NCBI GenBank assembly: GCA_964528475.1
Contig: CAZGSX010000003.1
Span: 1,681-65,680, forward strand
Source of the DNA: an uncultured Anaerolineales bacterium
GTDB lineage: Bacteria > Chloroflexota > Anaerolineae > B4-G1
Length of the DNA stretch: 64,000 bases
Direction of reading: 5' to 3'
The position numbers and the translations under genes are program-made. Below are positions 9,785-20,371 of the stretch, in pieces. Position 1 is the first letter of the stretch. Every line of letters begins with the position of its first letter. Below the pieces are notes generated by a model. That model saw only the letters and a list, made by a program, of their open reading frames with translations. It did not search any database and was not told where the DNA came from.

Positions 9785-9868
9785 GCCGGAGTGGCGGAAC
9801 AGGCAGACGCGCGCGACTCAAAATCGTGTGGGCTTTGACCCATGTGGGTTCGACTCCCACCTCCGGCA
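9785..9868 (+). tRNA. tRNA-Leu (anticodon CAA), class II with long variable arm
   Basis: 7-bp acceptor GCCGGAG/CTCCGGC, D-arm GCGGAACAGGCAGACGC, anticodon stem CGCGA/TCGTG with loop CUCAAAA, long variable arm, T-arm GGGTTCGACTCCCAC, discriminator A; CC but not full CCA encoded. Confidence 0.85.
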
Positions 9869-10324
9869 CCTCAGTATCAAGAACTTCTTGCGGCGTCCGG
9901 AGGGTGGCCACCTGCCCTGAGCGCCGCATTCGTCTATCAGGGATGCGAAGCCCGACCGATGCCCGCCCCGGCGCACTCCGTGACCCGGGCTTCTTCGTCG
10001 ACTTCGGCGCCCGCCTGACTATTGCTTACGGGAGTCCCGGCCAGACCCTTTGGGCCAGGAGGAGGTCCCCAAGGCCAGCGAGCCGCCTTACATCAGCGTG
10101 GTCGCGGGCGGTGGAGAAAGCAAAGGGCAGTGGTTGCCGCATGGGCGACGTCGACCAGGGACGCCGGTCCAGAGCTAATTGCCCCCAAGCTCAACGACGG
10201 GTTGGGACATGGGGCAACCAAGATGATTCGCCTCACCCGCTGTGGCGTCACTGTCTTGCAGTTGGGCCAACCAGTGACCAAGGGGTGAGTCATAGAGTCA
10301 TCCACGCTTCGAAGGGAGTAAGCG

Positions 10325-13168
10325 ATGAAGAGACGCGTATGGCCGTTCATTCTGGGCGCCCTGGCCGCGCTGGCCGTGGCGGCAGCCCCACTGCAGCAGA
10401 GAAACGTCACGTATCAGCGCTACGATGTGGTCATCGACGTGCAGCGGGACGGCTCGTTACTCGTGACAGAGACGTACGAACTGCGCTTCGAGGGTGAGTT
10501 CCGCACCGGGTTTGCGGAGATTCCACTGGACAACGTGACCGACATCGTAGACGTCACGGTGCGGGAAGGCGAGCGCCCTTACGTCCAGGGTGGTTACGGC
10601 ACGGGAACTTTCACCCTGGAACGGGGTTACGATGCCATTCGTGTCAACTGGGAGTACGAAGCCACCAGCGGCACCGAAGTTCGGACCTTCACGGTCGCCT
10701 ATCGCGTACTTGGGGGTCTGTGGGTCTATCCTGATTTCGACTGGCTGATGTGGCAGGCAGTACCAGCCGATCGCAGCGGGATCCCAACAGAGGCGAGCAA
10801 AGTGACAGTGCGCCTGCCGGCCCCAGTCGACGAAGAGCAGCTGGTCGTCAATTCCAGGGGCATAGACGCTACGGCTACCGTGGTTGACGCCACTACCGTG
10901 GTCTTTGAGTCCAGGGGTTCGCTCCGTCAGAACACGGCCTTCGAGGTGGAGGTCGGTTTCCCGCACGGTATGACCAGCGCTGGCATCTCTGACTGGCAGA
11001 AGCGCGCCGATGAGACAGCGGCGGATTACCGCTGGACCGATGTGACAGTCGACCTGGCGGTCGCTCAGGATGGATCGGTGACCGTCCACGAAAGGCACGC
11101 GTTGGACGTGAAATCCGGATACCTCTACAGCGGGTACCGGATCATTCCCTGGCTCTACTTGGACGGAATCGAGAGCGTGTCCGTGGAGTCGGCCGGGCAG
11201 TCCTTCCAGTTCAGCTCAAGCCCCTGTGAGTCCTGCTACGTGGTTGAGGAGAAGCCGAGACAACCGGATTGGGTTCTGTTTGACGGGGAACAGGTGGTAA
11301 TCGACAGCGATCGAGCAGGCGTGACCTTGGTCGAATGGTCCTTTCCCCCCCTAGGCGCCGGCGACACAGGGGCTTTCGACCTTAGGTATTCGGCGACGGG
11401 TGCCGTCAGGGTGCTAAGTGACACGCAAGAGATCAACTGGACCGTCGTCTTCGCGGACCGAGGTGTGCCCGTCGAAGGAGCTACCCTGAACGTCACCCTG
11501 CCTCCGAGTGTGGCGCCTGACCAGATCACCATCTCTGGAGGAGCACCCACCGTCCGGTCAGATGGTGTCCTACAGGTGCACCACGACGGGCCTGTGCCAG
11601 AAGGTCGTCCCTGGTCGGTTCTCATTCAGATGCCCCCGGGCACAACGGCAGCTAAGAAACCCATCTGGCAGCAGCAGCTGGAGCAGCAGCTCCGGAAGGA
11701 ACAGGCGCACTTCGAATCCGCACAGCAAGCAGCGGTCCGCACAGCCCGCTGGCAGGTGGCACTGGGGGCACTCGGATGTCTTTTCCCCATCCTGGGCCTG
11801 GCAGGCGTCGTGGCAGCGTGGTACGTGTGGGGTCGCGACCGGGCGGCACCCCCGGTGGCCGCATACCTCACCGAGCCGCCGTCAGACCTCCCGCCAGGGA
11901 TCGTCGCCTACCTGGTCGACGAGGAGCCGACGGTCAAGGGCGTTCTGGCCGATCTTCTCCGTCTGGCGACGCTTGGCCTGATCAGCGTGGATCTGCAGAA
12001 GGAGGATTTCACGGTTCAGCTGAACTGGCCCAACAAGCTAGAGGATGGCGAAACCGTCCGCGTAGGCGATGGAGAGCCCGTCGCGTTGAGCCAGCACGAG
12101 CGCACGCTCTTCAATCTGCTGGTCGAGCGAATCACTGAGCTTGGCGCAGGGACGGATCAGGTCGATGAGGCGGGCCAACGGCCCGTGGCCTTCTCCAAAA
12201 TCCAACGTGCCTTCCTGCGGGAGTTGCCCACGATTTACGAACAGATGGGCAAAGCGGCAGCCCAGTACTTCTCCGTGCTGCCGGAGACCGCGCGTCGACG
12301 CTGGACCCGTATCGGACAAGCAGTGGTGGTGGCCGCGATTACGCTGGGGCTCGCTGCCCTGTGCAGCAGCACCACGTTGGGCTGGCCTGCCCTCGCCCCC
12401 CCAGTTGGTCTGATGGTGGTGGGCCTGATGTTCATGGGCGCGAGCCGTTGGATGCCCCAGCGCACCACGCTGGGGATCGAGGAGGCAGCGAAGTGGCGGG
12501 CCTTCCGGCGCTACCTGAAGAACCTCAAGCAATTCGGCGATCTCGAGGACGCGCAGGTCGTGCTGGACGATCACTTCCCCTACGCTGTGGCGCTCGGGAT
12601 CGACGAAATCGTCCTGCGGCAAGCCGAGAAGATGGACGCCCAGGTACCGATCTGGATGGTCCCTGTTCCGGTACAGGTGGGCCCGCCCTCCGTCGCGCCC
12701 CGGTCGCAGCGGAGCCTCCGGGACCTAGTGGAGGGCACGCAGCACGGGCCGGCCTCCACAGTCGGCGACGCCAGGCCGGTGGAAGGCCGCCCTTCACCGA
12801 CCGGCCGACCTGCGGGGGCCAACCTGTCGCTCCAAGGTTTGTCGGACAATCTGAGCCGTTCCCTGAACAACGCCAGTCGGTCGCTCAGCTCATTGTTGAA
12901 TACGGCGGCCGGCCGCCAGGACGACATCGATTCCCCAGTTGGAGTGAGGGAGAAAGGAGCGAGCGAGGCTACCCAGATCCCACGGACGGCTGGGACCTCT
13001 ACGATGAAGATTCTGAGCGATATCCTGAAGGAATCCTCCTCAGGTGGCGGAGGTGGGGGTTTCAGTGGAGGCAGCTTCCGATCGAGCAGTTGGGGTGGAA
13101 GCCGGTCAAGATCCAGCAGTAGTTCCTCCCGACGCAGCGGCGGGGGCGGCAGCAGAGGGTTCGGATAG
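10325..13168 (+). CDS. DUF2207-family large membrane protein (signal peptide, extracytoplasmic beta-rich domain, central TM helices, C-terminal Gly/Ser-rich tail)
   Basis: Signal peptide MKRRVWPFILGALAALAVAAAP. TM helices ALGALGCLFPILGLAGVVAAWYVW and VVVAAITLGLAALCSS...LMVVGLMFMGA. Terminal GGGGGGFSGGSFRSSSWGGSRSRSSSSSSRRSGGGGSRGFG, typical of DUF2207. Confidence 0.7.
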   Translation: MKRRVWPFILGALAALAVAAAPLQQRNVTYQRYDVVIDVQRDGSLLVTETYELRFEGEFRTGFAEIPLDNVTDIVDVTVREGERPYVQGGYGTGTFTLERGYDAIRVNWEYEATSGTEVRTFTVAYRVLGGLWVYPDFDWLMWQAVPADRSGIPTEASKVTVRLPAPVDEEQLVVNSRGIDATATVVDATTVVFESRGSLRQNTAFEVEVGFPHGMTSAGISDWQKRADETAADYRWTDVTVDLAVAQDGSVTVHERHALDVKSGYLYSGYRIIPWLYLDGIESVSVESAGQSFQFSSSPCESCYVVEEKPRQPDWVLFDGEQVVIDSDRAGVTLVEWSFPPLGAGDTGAFDLRYSATGAVRVLSDTQEINWTVVFADRGVPVEGATLNVTLPPSVAPDQITISGGAPTVRSDGVLQVHHDGPVPEGRPWSVLIQMPPGTTAAKKPIWQQQLEQQLRKEQAHFESAQQAAVRTARWQVALGALGCLFPILGLAGVVAAWYVWGRDRAAPPVAAYLTEPPSDLPPGIVAYLVDEEPTVKGVLADLLRLATLGLISVDLQKEDFTVQLNWPNKLEDGETVRVGDGEPVALSQHERTLFNLLVERITELGAGTDQVDEAGQRPVAFSKIQRAFLRELPTIYEQMGKAAAQYFSVLPETARRRWTRIGQAVVVAAITLGLAALCSSTTLGWPALAPPVGLMVVGLMFMGASRWMPQRTTLGIEEAAKWRAFRRYLKNLKQFGDLEDAQVVLDDHFPYAVALGIDEIVLRQAEKMDAQVPIWMVPVPVQVGPPSVAPRSQRSLRDLVEGTQHGPASTVGDARPVEGRPSPTGRPAGANLSLQGLSDNLSRSLNNASRSLSSLLNTAAGRQDDIDSPVGVREKGASEATQIPRTAGTSTMKILSDILKESSSGGGGGGFSGGSFRSSSWGGSRSRSSSSSSRRSGGGGSRGFG

Positions 13169-13334
13169 GGCTCAACGACGACGCCCTGTGGGCTATGCCG
13201 CTGATCTGCTTCAACCGGTGGGGGATGGAGGACGACAACTAGCGTACCGCACGCGTACTATGATGAATGCCGGAAACGGCAGCCCGCATCCCTTCGAGTG
13301 ACAAGGACTGACCATTTCTTCTCCTGTTGCGCCA

Positions 13335-13343
13335 TGGTATAAT
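13335..13343 (+). promoter_or_regulatory. Extended -10 element TGGTATAAT upstream of 13373 gene
   Basis: TGGTATAAT 30 nt upstream of GTG start; GGGGAGG RBS at 13361-13367. Confidence 0.4.
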
Positions 13344-13372
13344 GGCCTCTAGATTACGTTGGGGAGGTCGAT

Positions 13373-14605
13373 GTGTCGCTTGTGGATGACTTGGTTGAAT
13401 TGATCACGACCCCACATGGGGCGTTGGCTTATCATCTGGTCACCCTGTTTGCGATCCAGTTGATCGTGGGCGTGGCGCTGGGTCATTGGCAGCGTCAGCG
13501 GGACCGAGCTGCCGCCCGTCTGGTGATTATGGCGCTGGGTCTTCTCCTGGCACGCCTTGTCATGATGCTGCTGGCCGTCGTAGCAGGCGTCAACCTCGTT
13601 TCGTCAGCCCTCGTGCTCCCTCCCCTGGAACGCTTTCTACAGTTCGTAACCTCCCTGCTCGTCATTTGGGCTTTCCTGCCCATTTTGAGAGAGAGAGTCC
13701 ATCTGAGCACATTCCTTCTCCTCTCTGGTGTCGTGTTGGCAGCGGTGGCCTATGCGGCATCCGCATCGCTCTGGTCTGAGGTGGAAACTGCGGGGACCTC
13801 CTATGCCATGGCGTGGCAAGGGAGGCTGTGGGAGCTTTCGACTGCCGCTGTGATCGGGCTGGCACTCCTGATAGGCCTCGCCTGGCGAGGAGCCGATTGG
13901 GGCTGGATGGCCTGCCTTCTCGCCCTGTGGCTCACAGGGCACATCCTGCAACTGATCGCTCCCATCCGAGACGTGCATTCTGCCCCTTGGGTACGACTGG
14001 CGAACCTGGCCGCTCTTCCGCTTCTCGCTGCCCTTGTCTATCGCCGGGCATTGGCCATGGCCAACGTGCCTGCAACCAGCAAGCAGGGCGTCTCTTCCAG
14101 CGCCATCGACCTGCTGACGGCAGTCCGTAGCATCCACTCTGAGGGCGACCTCAGGGCAGGCCTTGAGCTAGCACTGCCCACCATCGCTCGGGCCGTCGAC
14201 GCCGACATGGCGGCAGTTGGGCTTCTCGTTCCTGGCCTGGTAGACACGTTGCGCGTCGTCGCTCTGCACCCCAAGACAAACCCAGCCACCGAAAGAGGGG
14301 CCGTCGTCATTTCTCTCTCGGACTATCCGCTCTTGAACAGAGTGGCCCACAGTCGTCGCCCGGACGACACAAGCGGAGACGCCAGCACCGTGCCGGAAAC
14401 AGGGGATCTGTATCGCAGGCTCGGCTGGGAAAGCTCCGGGCCCTTGTTGGTGGAGCCGTTGATCAGCGGTAGAGAGATCCTGGGGCTGGTATGGGTGGGA
14501 AATCCGGAGTCCGAGCGAGAATGGAGCTCGCGTGAGGCGCAGATTCTTGAGGGGGCCGCCTTGGTGCTTGCCTGCGCCATCGCCGGCGAAGGCAATGGAG
14601 AGTAG
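13373..14605 (+). CDS. Polytopic membrane protein with C-terminal GAF-like domain (7TM-GAF sensor, no output domain)
   Basis: Six to seven N-terminal hydrophobic helices. C-terminal region (AVGLLVPGLVDTLRVVALHP...LLVEPLISGREILGLVWVGN) resembles a GAF fold. GTG start with RBS. Confidence 0.55.
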   Translation: MSLVDDLVELITTPHGALAYHLVTLFAIQLIVGVALGHWQRQRDRAAARLVIMALGLLLARLVMMLLAVVAGVNLVSSALVLPPLERFLQFVTSLLVIWAFLPILRERVHLSTFLLLSGVVLAAVAYAASASLWSEVETAGTSYAMAWQGRLWELSTAAVIGLALLIGLAWRGADWGWMACLLALWLTGHILQLIAPIRDVHSAPWVRLANLAALPLLAALVYRRALAMANVPATSKQGVSSSAIDLLTAVRSIHSEGDLRAGLELALPTIARAVDADMAAVGLLVPGLVDTLRVVALHPKTNPATERGAVVISLSDYPLLNRVAHSRRPDDTSGDASTVPETGDLYRRLGWESSGPLLVEPLISGREILGLVWVGNPESEREWSSREAQILEGAALVLACAIAGEGNGE

Positions 14606-14726
14606 CCGGGCATCACAGGACGCCGCGCTGTCAGTCGGATCCAGTCGGAGAGTGACTTGGCCATAGATAGGATGCACAACTCCGCACTCCGCCTTCATTC
14701 CCGCATCCAGGGGTGCAAGGTGTGGG

Positions 14727-15794
14727 GTGCAGGAGCTTGGTGGCGGAACGATGACTAACCAGCGCCATCCTGGCGAGTCGCAGCAAGGCCTCGTACGTCA
14801 GTTCCTCGTGCCTCTGGTGGTCACGCTCGTCAGCGTCGCCATGGTGTTGGGAGGCTTCCTGCTGGTGTGGCTAGACACTGCTCCGATGTCGCCGATGCCA
14901 ACCCAGGTTCTTGTCCAGCGGCCCTCCGTCACCCCTTTCCTGCCCACACTCACGCAGCAGCCACCGGCGACCCCCGTGGCTACCTTCGTGAGCCCCCTCT
15001 CGCCGCCGGAAGGGCAGACAGCGGAGCCGGAGATCAGTGTCGAGCCACCGATGGGAACACTTGCTCCCACCGCTCCGTGGACGCCAGTGCCTCCCCGTAC
15101 CGGAGCTCCCACAGCAGCACCCACGTGCGCTCAGCCGCCAGGCTGGTTCATCTACACTGTGCGGGAAGGCGATACGTTGACCGGACTGGCTCGGCTGTCC
15201 GGAGTGACGACGTGGACTCTAATGCGCAGCAACTGCCTGGAGACAACGGTCCTCTACGCTGGTCAGCGGCTCTACGTCCCACCGTCTTTCTACACTCCGC
15301 CCACGCCACAGCCCTCTCCGTGCGGACCCCCTAGCAACTGGGTGGTGTACACGGTACAGCCGCAGGAGACCCTCTACAGCCTGTCCATTCGCTTTGGTGT
15401 GGACATCGAGGTTCTGCGACGGGCCAATTGCCTGCGGAGCTACACGATCTATGCCGGGCAGGTGCTGTATGTGCCGCCTGGCCCGTGGCCGACCGCCACG
15501 TCCACCCCGTCCGTCTCGCCCACTCCCACGGAGCAGACGACAGCGACATCAACCCCGCCCTCGGTAACCCCGAGCCCGACGTTGCCCCATGCCACCGCGA
15601 CGCCATCGCCCAGCGCCACACAGGCGCCAGAACCGAGCGGCAGCCCCTCGCCAAGTCCGACGCCCTCTTCCACCGGCACGCCGACTGCCACCGGCACTTC
15701 CACGGTCACAGCGACGCCGACGGCGACATGGACGCCGACAGTGACGTCAACCGCGACGCCTACCCCAACCACCCCAACTCCTGAAGGCAACTAG
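14727..15794 (+). CDS. LysM-domain peptidoglycan-binding membrane protein with Pro/Thr/Ser-rich linkers
   Basis: N-terminal TM. Two LysM motifs (YTVREGDTLTGLARLSGVTTWTLMRSNCL...YAGQRLYVP and YTVQPQETLYSLSIRFGVDIEVLRRANCL...YAGQVLYVP). C-terminal PT-rich low-complexity tail. Confidence 0.8.
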   Translation: MQELGGGTMTNQRHPGESQQGLVRQFLVPLVVTLVSVAMVLGGFLLVWLDTAPMSPMPTQVLVQRPSVTPFLPTLTQQPPATPVATFVSPLSPPEGQTAEPEISVEPPMGTLAPTAPWTPVPPRTGAPTAAPTCAQPPGWFIYTVREGDTLTGLARLSGVTTWTLMRSNCLETTVLYAGQRLYVPPSFYTPPTPQPSPCGPPSNWVVYTVQPQETLYSLSIRFGVDIEVLRRANCLRSYTIYAGQVLYVPPGPWPTATSTPSVSPTPTEQTTATSTPPSVTPSPTLPHATATPSPSATQAPEPSGSPSPSPTPSSTGTPTATGTSTVTATPTATWTPTVTSTATPTPTTPTPEGN

Positions 15795-15924
15795 ACGCAG
15801 CTCCCGACTCACACGGTGGGTGCCCTCCAGCCACCGCATGCGGCAAGTTGCCTGGACGCGTAAAGCGTTCGTGGTAGAATGCCATTGACATCGTCCGTGA
15901 CGCCCTAAGGAGCGGCCTACTGCT

Positions 15925-17478
15925 ATGAGAGAGCTGGATAGTCGCTGGTGGAAGGGACTGGCACTCGTCGTCAGCGTGGCGCTGATCGTAGTGGCCGTGC
16001 ACGTGTTTACGACGACGCCGTTTGATGCAGCTGAGTTGACAGCGACGTCAACAGCAACGACATCGTATCACGTAACTCCTTCCCCAACAGCTACCTCCAG
16101 CGCGACGCCGCGCCCGACCGCCACTTCCAGACCGACAGAGACGCCCAGCAGGACGCCCAGCCCAACGCTGACCCCGTCTCCCACGCCTCCCCAACCAACG
16201 GCCACACCGACACTGACGCCGACACCGAGTCCAACGCCGCTCCCCAAGTGGATACCCACACCGGTCACGTTCCTGCCCGGGACCCCAACGCCCACGCCCG
16301 TCGTCGTGACGCGGACCAACTCGATCACAGAGACATTGACCCTAACCGCGCCAGAGCCCCTACCACTTGTGGATCAACGGGAAAATGTCATCAATGTGCT
16401 TCTCCTGGGCTCAGATCAGATCGGCACTGAGCAAGTAGGTCGGACCGACACAATCGTCGTCGTCAGTATCCATCCCGAGTTGCCCTCGGTCTCGCTCTTG
16501 TCCATTCCGCGCGACTTCTACGCCTGGGTTCCCGGCCGTGGCTTTGAGAAGATCAACACAGTGTTCAGCCGCGGAGGGCCAGCATTGATGAAGGCGACCA
16601 TCCTTCAGAACTTCGGGATACCTATCGACTACCATGCAAGGGTGGGATTCGATAGCTTTGCCAGGATCGTCGATGCCCTAGGCGGTGTAGAGGTGGCGGT
16701 CGAGTGTCCCCTCCACGACACCTTCCCCGATCCAGCGTCTCCCTCTGGGACAACCGACGTGGACTGGGAGCCGGGCATTCATCACCTGGACGGCAAGCAC
16801 GCCCTCTGGTACGCTCGATCTCGCTGGAGCACCAGCGACTTCGACCGCCACCGCCGCCAGCAGCAGGTGCTGCGCGGCCTCTATCGGCGTGCGATGAGCC
16901 TGGGCATCATCCCCAAGATTCCGTCTATCTGGAGCGCCTGGCGCGATAGCGTGTCCACCGATCTGGACCTCCAGGGGCTGATCCGCCTGGGCGCGATTGG
17001 GGCGCGGTTGGATACAACGTATATCAAGAGTCGCTTTGTTGATCAGTCCGTCCTGACCTCGTGGCGGGGTCCGGAGGGGATGTACCTTCTTCTCCCCGAC
17101 CACGAGGCGCTGGCATCGCTGGTTCGCTCAGCACTGGCGCCGCCACAGCCCGTGGAACGGAGGCCGCTGTGGCGCGTTGAGGTGGTGAATGGCGCACCTC
17201 GCGGGGACTGGGGGCTGGTGGCCGCAGAGAGACTGCGGTGGGAGGGCTTCGGTGTGGTGGACGTCCGGGCTGCGGATGGACCGCAGATTCGTACTCAGAT
17301 CATCGATCTGACGACAGCGTCGGATCCGGGATCGGCAACGGCTCTGAGCCAGCTGATGCGCCTGTATAAGCGACGACCAGATGATGTCATCACCAGCCCA
17401 ACTGAAGATAGAGGGATCGATTTTCAAGTGCTGCTGGGACTGGACTATGATCCCTGCGCAGCAGTCCGATCGCGCTAG
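15925..17478 (+). CDS. LytR-CpsA-Psr (LCP) family cell-envelope phosphotransferase with C-terminal LytR_C domain
   Basis: N-terminal TM, PT-rich linker. LCP core [25 protein letters not shown]...[23 protein letters not shown]...[47 protein letters not shown] -10 at 15875-15880. Confidence 0.9.
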   Translation: MRELDSRWWKGLALVVSVALIVVAVHVFTTTPFDAAELTATSTATTSYHVTPSPTATSSATPRPTATSRPTETPSRTPSPTLTPSPTPPQPTATPTLTPTPSPTPLPKWIPTPVTFLPGTPTPTPVVVTRTNSITETLTLTAPEPLPLVDQRENVINVLLLGSDQIGTEQVGRTDTIVVVSIHPELPSVSLLSIPRDFYAWVPGRGFEKINTVFSRGGPALMKATILQNFGIPIDYHARVGFDSFARIVDALGGVEVAVECPLHDTFPDPASPSGTTDVDWEPGIHHLDGKHALWYARSRWSTSDFDRHRRQQQVLRGLYRRAMSLGIIPKIPSIWSAWRDSVSTDLDLQGLIRLGAIGARLDTTYIKSRFVDQSVLTSWRGPEGMYLLLPDHEALASLVRSALAPPQPVERRPLWRVEVVNGAPRGDWGLVAAERLRWEGFGVVDVRAADGPQIRTQIIDLTTASDPGSATALSQLMRLYKRRPDDVITSPTEDRGIDFQVLLGLDYDPCAAVRSR

Positions 17479-17926
17479 ATCCAGTCATCAGCGACGCACC
17501 GGTCCCCCCACTTCTCCCGACCTACCCGTGTCGAACTGAACCAAGAACCGAACCGCTGTCCGGTGAGCATGCCGAGCCTACTGTCCAAACGTCCGTCAGA
17601 ATGCGTCTGTCTTCAGGAGGGGCTGTAATGGCAACTGCGCATGGTACGGAGTATCTCCGACTACGCTGGGGCCTGCGCCCGCCACCGAACGAGCCAACCG
17701 ACGGCAGTTGCGCCCCTTCCTCAGGAGTTAGGACTGCCACTCCAGCCTGGGCAGGACACGTCTGTCCGAGACTGGTCATTCACGGCGCCTTTCTCCCGCT
17801 TTGCTTCGGACCCGAAGGCCGGGGACTAGGGTGACGATGAGGTAGCATCTCGGGCGAGAGACAGGACCGCCACCACAGCGGGTCCCACAAGCAACGCTCT
17901 GGCGACGGATCCCTCGCGAGGAAGGA

Positions 17927-19399
17927 CTATGCAGACTGGATTCCGGATATCGGAAGAGCGTAGCGGACCGTGAGTCCTCCTCCGGGCGTCTCCTCGGCCC
18001 ACATCCGCCCCCCGTGCGCTTCCACAATGTGACGGGCAATGGAGAGCCCTAACCCACTCCCTCCAGTTGCCTGGCGGCGACCCGGATCACCACGCCAGAA
18101 GCGCTCGAATAGATGTGGCAACTGGTCAGGCGATACCCCCGGGCCGTCATCGATCACGGAGATGACGGTCTCTGTGCCTTCCCGCAGAGCTTCCACCCTG
18201 ATGCTTCCGCCCCGAGGGACATAGTGTAGGGAATTGGTGAGCAGGTTCCCCATTACCTGGGCCAGCCGGTCCCGGTCGGCGAAGACAGTGGGCAGAGCAG
18301 TCCTTGTCTCCAGGGCCAGGGCAACCCCTTGCTCTTGAGCCGCGGGCTGATACGCCTCCACAATGCCCTTGAGAAAGGCCTGGAGGTTCACACTGTCCCG
18401 CGCCAGCTGCAGCTTCCCGGCATCGGCGAGAGCCAGGATGCGCAAATCCTCAATCAAGCGGGCGAGTGTCCGGGTTTGAATGAGCGCTGACTCCAGATTC
18501 TCACGATCAGTAGGATAGATCTCGTCCAGCATAGCCTCCAATGTGCCCTGGAGAACAGTGAGAGGGGTGCGCAGCTCGTGAGCAATGTCAGCCGTCTGAC
18601 TACGGCGGGCTTCCTCTATGCGGTGAAGGCTCTCCGCCATTTCATTGAAGGACTCCGCGAGCTGCGCGACTTCGTCCTGTCCCCCAACCTCTGCCCGGAC
18701 CGAGAGATCGCCCTGCGCGATGGCCTCGCTGGCAGCTGTCAGCTCTCGCAGAGGAGCGGTGATCGAACGAAACAGCAGCCCCCCGATGATGAGCGCAACG
18801 CCCATGGCCACAGCCCCTCCTATCCAGAGATTCCTTCGGACGCGAGAGAGAAAGGCCGCTTGGGCAGGATCCAGGGGCCAGTCGGGCTGGGCTCTGAGCG
18901 CCGGGAGTAGGTAGCCCACAACCTCCCCGCCCACTTCGATGGGAACCCCCTCATCGACGTCAACCGGCGAGACCACCCCGCCGGGGAGGCCTTGAGTGTC
19001 CGCGACGACCTGCCCCTGCGGCTCTGCAACCCGGAACTCCAACACAGTTGGCGGACCACCCGGGCCGCCAGAATCCCTGCTCCGCCAGCGGTGCCACGGA
19101 CTGTGCCGCTCCTCGAGGGTGTTCTGAAGTCCTTCCCAGGAGCCACGCACCTCATAGTAGTCAGCCAGCTGAGTCGTCAACTCCTCCCATGCGCCACTGC
19201 GGGTCACTGCGTACCGCCGGAAGGCGCTCTCGGTGGCGCGGCCCGTCAGTATCGAGACAGTTCCCACGGCGACGAGGATGACAACCAAGAAAGCTAGCAT
19301 CCCCTTGCCGAATAGACTACGCATAATCACCCCGTCCAACTGAGTCGCTGTCGCCAGCGAGGCCTTGGGATCCGTTGCCCGCGAGAGGGACCCGCGCAC
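17927..19399 (-). CDS. Sensor histidine kinase (periplasmic sensor, HAMP, HisKA, HATPase_c), OmpR-partner type
   Basis: Two TM helices flanking a ~150-aa periplasmic domain. HAMP. H-box HELRTPLTVLQGTLE. G-boxes GGSGLGLSIARHIVEAHGG. Immediately downstream of the response regulator gene. Confidence 0.9.
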   Translation of the reverse strand: MRGSLSRATDPKASLATATQLDGVIMRSLFGKGMLAFLVVILVAVGTVSILTGRATESAFRRYAVTRSGAWEELTTQLADYYEVRGSWEGLQNTLEERHSPWHRWRSRDSGGPGGPPTVLEFRVAEPQGQVVADTQGLPGGVVSPVDVDEGVPIEVGGEVVGYLLPALRAQPDWPLDPAQAAFLSRVRRNLWIGGAVAMGVALIIGGLLFRSITAPLRELTAASEAIAQGDLSVRAEVGGQDEVAQLAESFNEMAESLHRIEEARRSQTADIAHELRTPLTVLQGTLEAMLDEIYPTDRENLESALIQTRTLARLIEDLRILALADAGKLQLARDSVNLQAFLKGIVEAYQPAAQEQGVALALETRTALPTVFADRDRLAQVMGNLLTNSLHYVPRGGSIRVEALREGTETVISVIDDGPGVSPDQLPHLFERFWRGDPGRRQATGGSGLGLSIARHIVEAHGGRMWAEETPGGGLTVRYALPISGIQSA

Positions 19400-19419
19400 T
19401 GCTTGCGGGCCGGGAGATG

Positions 19420-20121
19420 CTAGGCACTTTCCAGCTCCGGGTTCAATCGGTACCCCGCCCCGCGAACAGTGAGGACGTAACGAGGATCGGAGGGTGCGGA
19501 CTCGATCTTCTGGCGCAAGTTCTTGATATGGGCATCGACCGTGCGCTCGTAGGCCTCGAACGCCACCCCTTGCACCGCCTCGAGAATCTCCGCCCGAGAG
19601 AAGACTCGCCCCGGTCGGCCCATCAGAACCTCCAGCACATCGAACTCGGTGGGGGTCAGGTCCACTCGGTCACCCTCAACGGTCACCGTGTGGGTAGCCC
19701 GGTCCAGAGTGATCGGTCCCGCCCGCAGTACTGGAGCCGGCTCCCTGCCCTCGGAGGGCTGGGCCCGGCGCAGGACAGCGCCTACACGGGCGACAACCTC
19801 CCGAGGGCTGAAAGGCTTGGTGACATAGTCGTCAGCCCCCAGCTCCAGCCCCACAATACGGTCGGTTTCCTCAGCCCGGGCGGTGAGCATGATGATGGGA
19901 ACATCTCGCTCGCGACGAATTCGCCGAGTGAACTCGAGGCCGTCCATCTTAGGCATGAGAATGTCGAGGACGACCAGATCCGGCTGTTCGTGGCGTGCCG
20001 TGTAGAGGGCATCCTCGCCATTGTAAGCTGTAACGACGCGGTAGCCGGCCTGTTCCAGGTACGAACGTAGCAGCCGGACGATTTCCGGCTCATCATCGAC
20101 GACCAAGATTGTCTGGCTCAT
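19420..20121 (-). CDS. OmpR/PhoB-family response regulator (REC + winged-helix)
   Basis: ILVVDDEPEIVRLL...DLVVLDILMPKMDGLE receiver. C-terminal winged helix LTPTEFDVLEVLMGRPGRVFSRAEILEAV...VDAHIKNLRQKIE. Confidence 0.9.
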   Translation of the reverse strand: MSQTILVVDDEPEIVRLLRSYLEQAGYRVVTAYNGEDALYTARHEQPDLVVLDILMPKMDGLEFTRRIRRERDVPIIMLTARAEETDRIVGLELGADDYVTKPFSPREVVARVGAVLRRAQPSEGREPAPVLRAGPITLDRATHTVTVEGDRVDLTPTEFDVLEVLMGRPGRVFSRAEILEAVQGVAFEAYERTVDAHIKNLRQKIESAPSDPRYVLTVRGAGYRLNPELESA

Positions 20122-20371
20122 GGATCACCTTCCCTGCTCATCACGGTGCAAGATGGACTCAAGGTAGTATAGCGGGAACACCTCGATTCGAACAGCACCC
20201 GGACGTGCAGGGCGGCGACTGAGAAGCGTATCACCGCCTCTGCTGTGACGTGGATGGGCTCTAGATCATGCCACAAGGAACTCGCCCCACGGTCTCTGCT
20301 CCACGCAATTCCCTTCGTGTGTCCTCGCATCGCCAATCGCTGCGGATGTTCTGAGCTTCATCGTAGGATAC

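Noticed and set aside
10457-11098. 213-aa minus-strand ORF inside DUF2207 gene
   Set aside because: Fully nested antisense ORF. No motifs. High-GC artefact.
12361-13122. 253-aa alternative-frame ORF within DUF2207 3' region
   Set aside because: Out-of-frame overlap with the Gly/Ser-rich tail. Arg/Pro-rich.
15449-15790. ORFs encoding VGVGVAV... repeats (also 16068-16328)
   Set aside because: Antisense translation of the Pro/Thr-linker DNA repeats of the LysM and LCP genes.
20118-20336. 72-aa minus-strand ORF directly upstream of the response regulator gene
   Set aside because: Lies in the putative leader of the two-component operon. No ribosome-binding site or motif. Could be a small leader peptide but unsupported.
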